DNA from: an uncultured Gemmatimonadaceae bacterium
Lineage (GTDB): Bacteria > Gemmatimonadota > Gemmatimonadetes > Longimicrobiales > RSA9
DNA length: 64,000 nt
NCBI GenBank assembly: GCA_964416095.1
Contig: CAYQCY010000002.1
Span: 24,671 to 88,670 of the forward strand
Direction of reading: 5' to 3'
Under the pieces are notes generated by a model. It saw nothing but the letters and a program-made list of their open reading frames with translations. It was not told where the DNA came from and ran no database searches. This document shows, one piece after another, positions 57,444-64,000 of this stretch. Each line of letters begins with the position of its first letter. The stretch's first letter is position 1. The position numbers were made by a program, and so were the translations under genes.

Positions 57444-59523
57444 GGGCCGGCCGGGGAGACGAGCCGAGGTGTTCCGCGTGGACGATGTCGAGGAAGACCT
57501 CGGTCACGACCGGGTCGAACCGGCTGCCCGCCGAAGCCGCGATGTCGTCGAGGGCCATGTCGGGGGGGAGGCCCGCCCGGTAGGGTCGGTGAGAGGTGAG
57601 GGCGTCGTAGACGTCGGCGACGGCCAGGATGCGTGCCAGCAGCGGGATGTCCTCGCCGGCCAGCCCGTCGGGGTAGCCGGCGCCGTCGTAGCGCTCGTGG
57701 TGGTGGAGGATGATGGGAACGATGTCGGCCAGCGCCGGGATCGGCTCCAGGATCCGCGCACCGACCCGGGTGTGGGCGTGCATGAGGAGGACCTCTTCCC
57801 GTGTCAGGCTGCCGGGCTTGTCCAGGACATGGCCGGGAATGCCGATCTTGCCGATGTCGTGGAGGAGCCCGCCGCGGCGCAGGGTCTCGAGCTCGTTCTC
57901 GCTCAGCTCCATGGCGACCCCGATCCGCTGGGCCAGGGCGGTGACGCGCTCCGAATGCCCGGCCGTCCACGAGGACTTGGCGTCGATGGCCCGGGCCAGG
58001 GCGGTGAGTGCGCCCCAGGTCAGGTGCTCGAGCTCGTCGATGAGGTCGGCGTTGGCCAGCGCCACGGAGACCTGGTCGGCGATCTGGCGCATGCGGCTCA
58101 GGTCGTCCGAGGAATACTCCACAGGCGTGACGTGGCCCAGGATGATGTAGCCCGCCGGCTCCCCTCGTAGCCAGAGCGGCACCACGAGCGCCCGGGCGAG
58201 CCCCGCTCCGTCGGCGCCCAGCGTCGCGGCGAGCTCGTCGTGTCCCGCCATGTCCACGACGACGTGGTCCGCATCCGTGCTCAGACGGGCCAACGTATCG
58301 GTGTCCACCAAGGTGGCGGCGCCCGGCCCCCCGCCCACCGATCGGTACAACCGGCCACGGTCGTCCCCGTCCTGGAGGACGATGGCGGCGTGGTCGCTGG
58401 GCAGCACCCCGTGGATTCGCTCCAGCACGGTGGTCACGATGCGTTCCCGGTCCAGCTCGGCCAGGATGGACCGGTCGATCTCGCCGATGGCTTCCAGCGC
58501 GCTGAACTGGGCGCCCAGGTTCCTGGCCATGGCGTTGAACGAGTCCGCGAGATCCTCGAACTCGTCCCCGCTCTTCACGTGGACGCGGGCGTCGAACTCC
58601 CGTTTCGCGATCCGCCGCGTCGCCCCGCCCAGCTCGACCAGCGGCTCCAGCGTGCGTCGGACCTGGATGTTGCTGAGGAGCGCCACCAGCGACAGGCCGA
58701 AGACGACGAAGGCCAGGAACGGCGTCCGGAAACTGGCCAGGGAGGCGAGCACGGTGGCACGATCCTCCGCGATGACCACGGCCCACGACGGAGACAGGAA
58801 GGCGGCCTGCAGGAAGACCTCCCAGGCACCGCCCAGGTACTCGTTGCCGTGGGCGTCCGTCCACTCGAGCCGCATGGCCCCGCGCTGGCTCTCCCGCGCG
58901 TCCCGGAGCCGGCGCCGGGCCTCCTCCACGTCCGGCAGGTCGCAGCGCAAGGGCCGGAGCTCGGGATCGAAGACGCAGAACCCGGCCGTGGTGGACAGCC
59001 CGGCGTAGCCCCGTGCGCTGGACCACAGGAAGGTGGGGTCGACGCGACCCCAGAGGACCCCGGCCCCCGGGTCGCCGGGCACGGTTGCCACCCCGAGGAG
59101 CACGTCGAGGGAGTCCGGCCCCGCTTCCCGCACCCGGAGGACGGCCGCATTCGCATCCATGTGCGAACGCTCGGCGGGCGTCGTCGGCACGGCGCGCAGC
59201 GGGCCGCCGAGGAGGCTGCGCCGACCCCCGGCATCGAAGCGGCTTACAGCCGTGAGGCCGGCCAGCTCGCCCTCGGCGACGGTCCCCTGTCCGGCATTCC
59301 GCAGCAGCGCGAGCTGGGACTGGAGGAAGAGCAGCCGCTCGTACACGGCCATGCCGGCGGACTTGCCCAGGTCCTCGAGCCGGTCGCGGCTCTGCTCCAC
59401 CAGCTCGGCCCGGACCTGCCGGTACGACACGACGCTCAGCGCAGCCGCGGGCAGCAGCGCCGAGAGGATGAAGAGAAGGAGGATGCGACGCGCTACGCGC
59501 GTGCGGAGAAACCCTACTTCCAT
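57433..59523 (-). CDS. membrane sensor: periplasmic domain, HAMP, GAF, HD-GYP (c-di-GMP phosphodiesterase type)
   Basis: Two TM helices flank a ~230-aa extracytoplasmic region. HAMP (LEPLVELGGATRRIAKREFDARV), GAF-like region, HSERVTALAQ...LLHDIGK...HHHERYDGAGYPDGL...AVADVYDALTSHRPYR. Confidence 0.88.
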   Translation of the reverse strand: MEVGFLRTRVARRILLLFILSALLPAAALSVVSYRQVRAELVEQSRDRLEDLGKSAGMAVYERLLFLQSQLALLRNAGQGTVAEGELAGLTAVSRFDAGGRRSLLGGPLRAVPTTPAERSHMDANAAVLRVREAGPDSLDVLLGVATVPGDPGAGVLWGRVDPTFLWSSARGYAGLSTTAGFCVFDPELRPLRCDLPDVEEARRRLRDARESQRGAMRLEWTDAHGNEYLGGAWEVFLQAAFLSPSWAVVIAEDRATVLASLASFRTPFLAFVVFGLSLVALLSNIQVRRTLEPLVELGGATRRIAKREFDARVHVKSGDEFEDLADSFNAMARNLGAQFSALEAIGEIDRSILAELDRERIVTTVLERIHGVLPSDHAAIVLQDGDDRGRLYRSVGGGPGAATLVDTDTLARLSTDADHVVVDMAGHDELAATLGADGAGLARALVVPLWLRGEPAGYIILGHVTPVEYSSDDLSRMRQIADQVSVALANADLIDELEHLTWGALTALARAIDAKSSWTAGHSERVTALAQRIGVAMELSENELETLRRGGLLHDIGKIGIPGHVLDKPGSLTREEVLLMHAHTRVGARILEPIPALADIVPIILHHHERYDGAGYPDGLAGEDIPLLARILAVADVYDALTSHRPYRAGLPPDMALDDIAASAGSRFDPVVTEVFLDIVHAEHLGSSPRPAREP

Positions 59524-59535
59524 GAGCTTCCGGTC

Positions 59536-60042
59536 TCAGAACTCGACGGCCGGGCCGATGAAGCCCCCGTTGTTCGCCCGGACGATGTCGTCGGCGCTGG
59601 CGGCGGCCGTCAGGGGCGCCACCGTCGCGCCGTCGGGTCCCATGCTGTACAGGTCGAAGTCGGAGTTGATGGGGACCAGGAACCGGTCCTTGCGGGCCTT
59701 GCCACGGATCCCATCCTTGCCGCCCGTGCCGTGGATCCGCAGGTACTCGTACGGGTTGCCCCACGGGTCCAGCAGCTTGTCCCGCCCGATCTCCGTGAGG
59801 GTGTCGGGGAACCGGCCCTCCTCCGCTTCGTACAGGTAGAGGTCCTTCTCCAGCGCCTTGATGTCTCCGATGGCCCGGGTGTTCTCCGCCATTCGCCGCG
59901 CCGCCTGGACCTCCGGCGTCGCCAGCATGGCCAGGGCGCCGAGCATGATGGTCACGATGAGCAGCTCCACCAGCGTGAAGCCGTCCACACCGGCCCGGCC
60001 CCGGATGCGAAGAAGCCTGCGGCTCCACCTCCGGAGTTGCAT
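59536..60042 (-). CDS. GspG-like type II secretion pseudopilin (prepilin-type N-terminal methylation motif)
   Basis: Leader, then G/FTLVELLIVTIMLGALA cleavage-methylation motif. LLDPWGNPYEY is GspG-like. ATG 60042. 12-nt gap to the HD-GYP gene. Confidence 0.8.
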   Translation of the reverse strand: MQLRRWSRRLLRIRGRAGVDGFTLVELLIVTIMLGALAMLATPEVQAARRMAENTRAIGDIKALEKDLYLYEAEEGRFPDTLTEIGRDKLLDPWGNPYEYLRIHGTGGKDGIRGKARKDRFLVPINSDFDLYSMGPDGATVAPLTAAASADDIVRANNGGFIGPAVEF

Positions 60043-60363
60043 GACGTACTCCGACAGAGATGTCCTCAGCGTCGCCAACGGGGTCGGAACCTCGCGCGGG
60101 GTGTGTACGAGCAACCGGGGATTTGAACGATCTGTTCCGGCAGACTGAAAATCAAGGTTCTTGTGTTGCGCCGTGACGCCGGCCATCGGACCAAGAGCAC
60201 CTCGGGGCACGCGATGGCCGGTTCGTCGGCTGCCGAAGGACGCGTCGATCATCATGGTTCCATCCATCCATTGCTTGACGGAGCCGGAATCTCACAACGC
60301 TGCCGGCCCCGATTGTCCCACGCGGCCATTCCTCCGCCCGGGGACCGGGCCGAGGATGGGGGC

Positions 60364-62289
60364 GTGTCCACGCTTCAGCCGTCCACGACCGCCGCCGCGC
60401 GGGAGATCCTCTTCCGCCACTGGGGCTACGACCGGTTCCGCGCCGGCCAGGCCCGGGCCATCGAGGCCGTGCTCGCCGGTCGCGACGTCGTCGTGCTCAT
60501 GCCGACCGGGGGAGGGAAGAGCCTCTGCTTTCAGGTCCCGTCCCAGATCCTGGACGGGGTCACGCTGGTGGTGAGCCCGCTCATCTCCCTGATGAAGGAC
60601 CAGGTGGATGGGCTGGAGCGCCGGGGAGTCCGGGCCGCCTTCATCAACTCGACGCTGCGGGCGGTGGAGATGACGGAGCGCCTGGACGCGGTGGCGGCCG
60701 GCCGGGTACGCCTCCTGTACGTGGCCCCCGAGCGGTTTCAGAGCGCGGCGTTCCAGGAGCGGCTGCGGGCACTGCGTGTGGCGCTCCTGGCGGTGGACGA
60801 GGCCCACTGCATCTCGACCTGGGGCCACGACTTCCGGCCCAGCTACCTCCGTCTGGGGCATGTCCGGGACGGCCTGGGCTGCCCGACGATCGCCCTCACC
60901 GCCACGGCGACGCCGGCCGTGAGGGAGGACATCGCGAGGCAACTTCGCCTCCGCGAGCCCCTCGTCGTGGCCAAGGGGTTCGACCGGCCCAACCTGCGCT
61001 GGCACGTGCTGGCCGCCCGGAACGACGGCGAGAAGGACGGGCTGCTGCGGCGATTGCTCGAGCCGTATCGCGCCCGTCTGACGGGTGGGAGCTACAGCAT
61101 CACCTCGTCCCGGGAAGCACCGAATCCGAGTTCGAGCTCGAGTTCGAACTCGAGCGCGCGCGTCGCCATGGTTGCCGGTGGTACCGGAGCCGCCTCGGGT
61201 GCGGAGACCGCAATGCGTGCCCCGTCCGGCGTCGCCATCGTCTACGCGTCCACACGACGGGCCGTGGACTCGGTGGCGGACCTGCTGATCCGGTCGGGCA
61301 TCCCGGCGGCGGGCTACCATGCCGGAGTGAAGGGTGGGGAGCGCCGGCGGCTGCAGGACGACTTCATGGGCGGCCGGATCCGGGTCGTGGTGGCCACGAA
61401 CGCCTTCGGCATGGGGATCGACAAGCCGGACGTGCGGCTGGTGGTGCACTATCACACGCCGGCTTCCCTGGAGGACTACTACCAGGAGGCGGGACGGGCC
61501 GGGCGGGACGGCGGCCCGGCGGACTGCGTGCTCCTGTTCTCGTACGGCGATCGCTTCACCCACGAGTTCCTCATCGACCGGTCCATCCCGCGGCGCCAGG
61601 CCGTCGAGCGGGTCTACGCCCTGCTCCGGGAGGGCGCGGATGCCGGCCGGTTCGTCGAGCTGGAAGGGAGGCTCCGAGCGAGGGCGGAGCGGGCGGCCGA
61701 TGGAAAGGACCGCCTGGAGTCCGTGCTCCGCGTCCTGGAGGGCGCCGGGGTGGTACGGGGTGTCTACCGGCCCGGCTTCCGCCCCTGGGTGCGGCTCATC
61801 GCCACGCCCGAGCGGATCCGCCGGGAGCTGGCGGGCCGCGACGGTGAGCTCGCCCTGCTCCGGGCACTCTGGCAGGCTGCGGGACCGGACGAGCTCTACA
61901 GGGGCCGGGAGTTCGCGCCGGGCTGGCTCGAGGGTCTGGTCGGTGACGGCGACGGCTGGAAGACCCGGCTCGAAGGACTGGCGGTCGCCGGCTTCCTGGA
62001 GTGGCGTCCGCCGGCGCCCCGCAAGGTCCCGGAGCTGCTGGTGGATGTGGAGCCCCGCCGGCTGCCCGTGGACTGGGCCGCCCTGGAGCGCCGCCGGGCC
62101 GTGGAGCTGGACAAGCTCCGGGCCATGCAGGCCTACGCCTACCAGCGCCGCTGCCGCCGGGCCTACGTGCTCCGCTACTTCGGCGACCTGGACAGCCGGC
62201 CCGAGTGCGCAGGCTGCGACCGGTGCGCGCGCCGTGAGGAACGGATCCTGCCCGGGTGGCCGGCGCCCCGGCGTCGCGTGCGGCACTGA
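60364..62289 (+). CDS. recQ: ATP-dependent DNA helicase RecQ
   Basis: GTG 60364. FGYDRFRAGQ, MPTGGGKSLCFQVP, AVDEAHCISTWGHDFRPSY, VATNAFGMGIDKPDVR, Zn-finger CRRAYVLRYFGD...CAGCDRC. Contains a ~50-aa low-complexity insert. Confidence 0.92.
   Translation: MSTLQPSTTAAAREILFRHWGYDRFRAGQARAIEAVLAGRDVVVLMPTGGGKSLCFQVPSQILDGVTLVVSPLISLMKDQVDGLERRGVRAAFINSTLRAVEMTERLDAVAAGRVRLLYVAPERFQSAAFQERLRALRVALLAVDEAHCISTWGHDFRPSYLRLGHVRDGLGCPTIALTATATPAVREDIARQLRLREPLVVAKGFDRPNLRWHVLAARNDGEKDGLLRRLLEPYRARLTGGSYSITSSREAPNPSSSSSSNSSARVAMVAGGTGAASGAETAMRAPSGVAIVYASTRRAVDSVADLLIRSGIPAAGYHAGVKGGERRRLQDDFMGGRIRVVVATNAFGMGIDKPDVRLVVHYHTPASLEDYYQEAGRAGRDGGPADCVLLFSYGDRFTHEFLIDRSIPRRQAVERVYALLREGADAGRFVELEGRLRARAERAADGKDRLESVLRVLEGAGVVRGVYRPGFRPWVRLIATPERIRRELAGRDGELALLRALWQAAGPDELYRGREFAPGWLEGLVGDGDGWKTRLEGLAVAGFLEWRPPAPRKVPELLVDVEPRRLPVDWAALERRRAVELDKLRAMQAYAYQRRCRRAYVLRYFGDLDSRPECAGCDRCARREERILPGWPAPRRRVRH
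61121..61156. repeat. in-frame hexamer repeat (CGARYT)x6 inside recQ
   Basis: CGAATC CGAGTT CGAGCT CGAGTT CGAACT CGAGCG, encoding PNPSSSSSSNSSA. Confidence 0.85.
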
Positions 62290-62376
62290 GGCGGTGGTGG
62301 GGGGCGCTGGCCGGCTTTCGCCGGACCCGCCGCGTGTCTATCTTGAGGGCGGCGCTGACGGCGACGGAGCGGGAGG

Positions 62377-63600
62377 ATGCAGCCTTACCTGACGGACGAG
62401 CACGAGCGGTTCAGGGCGGAGGTTCGCGACTTCGCAGAGACCGAGGTGGCGCCCGTCATCCGGGAGCTGGACCGGGAAGCCCGCTTCCCGTGGGACAACG
62501 TCCGGGCCATGGCGGAGCGGGGCTGGTTCGGCATCGACGTGTCCGAGTCCCTGGGCGGGCTGGGCCGGGACTACCTCAGCTACGTCGTGGCGGTGGAGGA
62601 GCTGGCGCGGGTGGATGCGAGCCACTCCATCACCGTGAGCGCCCATACCACGCTGGGGTTGTACCCGATCATCGAGTTCGGAACACAACAGCAGAAGGAA
62701 CGGTATATCCCCCTGCTCGCGCGGGGCCAGGTGCTCGGTGGGTTCGGCCTCACGGAGGCCGGCGCCGGCTCGGACGCGGGCGCGACACGCACGGTGGCCG
62801 TCCGGGAGGACGGCGGCTACCGGCTGAACGGAAACAAGATCTTCATCACGCACGCCGGCGTGGGCGAAGTCTTCGTGGTGACGGCGGTGACGGACCGGGA
62901 GAAGGGCACCCGGGGCATCACGAGCTTCATCGTGACGAAGGAGACGACGGACCGGGAAGAAGCGGACCGTGTCGGCGTGGGTCATGCGCCCGAGCTGGAC
63001 ATCATGGACGGTGTCCGGGCGGGCAAGAAGGAAGACAAGATGGGCTGGCGTGCCTCGGACACCAGGGAGCTGGTGCTCGAGGACGTCTTCGTTCCAGAAG
63101 GAAACAGGCTCGGCGAGGAAGGCGAGGGCTTCAAGAACTTCATGAGGACCCTCGATGCCGGTCGGGTCGGCATCGGAGCGCTGTCCCTGGGCCTGGCCCA
63201 GGGCGCCTTCGAGCAGGCCCTGCGCTTCACGGACAGGCGCCGACAGTTCGGCCGACCGGTGCGGGACTTCCAGGGCGTCCAGTTCTCTCTGGCCGACATG
63301 GCCACGGAGATCGAGGCCGCCCGACACCTCGTCTACCACGCCGCCTGGCTCAGACAGAACGGCAGGAGTTACGGGAAAGCCGCCTCCATGGCAAAGCTCT
63401 TCGGCAGCGATGTGGCCATGCGGACCACGACGCGCGCCGTGCAGCTCATGGGAGGATACGGCTACACGACGGACTACCCCGTCGAGCGCATGATGCGGGA
63501 CGCGAAGGTCGGTCAGATCGGTGAAGGCACCAACGAGATCCAGCGTCTGGTCATCGCCCGTCGGATTTTCGATGAGCTGCTCGAAGGGGTCGAATCATGA
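62377..63600 (+). CDS. acyl-CoA dehydrogenase
   Basis: MQPYLTDEHERFRAEVRDFAE..., GFGLTEAGAGSDAG, QLMGGYGYTTDYPVERMMRDAKVGQIGEGTNEIQR. Confidence 0.93.
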   Translation: MQPYLTDEHERFRAEVRDFAETEVAPVIRELDREARFPWDNVRAMAERGWFGIDVSESLGGLGRDYLSYVVAVEELARVDASHSITVSAHTTLGLYPIIEFGTQQQKERYIPLLARGQVLGGFGLTEAGAGSDAGATRTVAVREDGGYRLNGNKIFITHAGVGEVFVVTAVTDREKGTRGITSFIVTKETTDREEADRVGVGHAPELDIMDGVRAGKKEDKMGWRASDTRELVLEDVFVPEGNRLGEEGEGFKNFMRTLDAGRVGIGALSLGLAQGAFEQALRFTDRRRQFGRPVRDFQGVQFSLADMATEIEAARHLVYHAAWLRQNGRSYGKAASMAKLFGSDVAMRTTTRAVQLMGGYGYTTDYPVERMMRDAKVGQIGEGTNEIQRLVIARRIFDELLEGVES

Positions 63601-63606
63601 GAAGGC

Positions 63607-64000
63607 ATGAAGCGAGAAATCCTGATTTCGTCCACGCCGCAGGAAGCGCGCGTGGCTATCCTCGAGGACGATGTCCTCGTGGAGTTCCTGGTCGAGCGGG
63701 CCGACGCGCAGCGAAGCGTCGGTGACATCTACCTGGGGCAGGTCCAGGCGGTCCTGCCCGGCATCCAGGCCGCCTTCGTCGACATCGGATCGGAGAAGGC
63801 CGCCTTTCTCCACGCCTCCGACCTATCCGGGGACGAGGACGACGACGAGGAAGACGGCAACGATCGGAACGGGGGCAACGGGCGGCATCCCCTGATCCAG
63901 GATGTCGTCCAGAAGGGTCAGCAGCTCCTCGTCCAGGTGACCAAGGAGCCCATCGGCACCAAGGGCCCCCGGGTCACGACGCAGGTCTCCCTCCCGGGCC
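63607..64000 (+). CDS. ribonuclease E/G family (5' part, continues beyond window)
   Basis: Hand translation: MKREILISSTPQEARVAILEDDVLVEFLVERADAQRSVGDIYLGQVQAVLPGIQAAFVDIGSEKAAFLH...LLVQVTKEPIGTKGPRVT (S1 domain). Not in the ORF track because it is open at the 3' edge. Confidence 0.85.
   Translation, partial: MKREILISSTPQEARVAILEDDVLVEFLVERADAQRSVGDIYLGQVQAVLPGIQAAFVDIGSEKAAFLHASDLSGDEDDDEEDGNDRNGGNGRHPLIQDVVQKGQQLLVQVTKEPIGTKGPRVTTQVSLPG

Noticed and set aside
60105-60175. Possible tRNA gene or pseudogene on the minus strand (GCGCAAC...GTTCAAATCCCCGGTTGCTCG).
   Set aside because: The candidate is only about 63 nt long. The T-stem 5' strand does not pair, there is no D-arm or convincing anticodon arm, and there is no CCA context. 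At most it is a fragment.

Overview
High-GC (about 70%) bacterial chromosomal window, densely coding. I call 57 protein genes, three of them sub-60-aa ORFs found by hand. I found no rRNA or tRNA genes, IS elements, integrases, prophage genes, CRISPR-cas or recognisable defence genes.

Gene content is mostly core metabolism and housekeeping:
- 5'-partial comEC, a small HExxH protein and fbp.
- A minus-strand run: truA, htrA, purB, purC, purF, ppdK, a tandem 5'-nucleotidase and add.
- trpD, then lexA on the other strand, then trpC-trpF-trpB-[HEAT protein]-[HD-GYP-like protein]-trpA.
- An NFACT/RqcH-like gene; panBCD with a yqeK-like gene and a LytR_C gene; rlmN.
- ptsN, vanZ, aspS, phoH, a 7TM-HD (PgpH-like) gene, ybeY, DUF502, mgtE and ubiB.
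- An acyl-CoA block interleaved with CNNM and NhaA transporters: meaB, a split methylmalonyl-CoA mutase, a carboxyltransferase, AtuA-like/DUF4387, an enoyl-CoA hydratase and an acyl-CoA dehydrogenase.
- A gspG-like pseudopilin / HAMP-GAF-HD-GYP / lipoprotein operon; recQ; the 5' part of an RNase E/G gene.

I do not see a clear-cut novel multi-gene system. The items most worth a second look are:
1. trpB and trpA are split by a tightly coupled HEAT plus degenerate HD-GYP gene pair that share a paralogous N-terminal domain.
2. A family of period-6 and period-7 tandem repeats and hairpins fills gene-end spacers. One copy sits inside recQ.
3. An orphan pseudopilin / HD-GYP sensor / lipoprotein operon.
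4. A lexA operator candidate and a 49-aa ORF translationally coupled to lexA.
5. Abrupt switches between C-ending and G-ending synonymous codons, some inside genes.

All coordinates, translations and counts were done by eye. No database search was possible, so family names rest on motif recognition.
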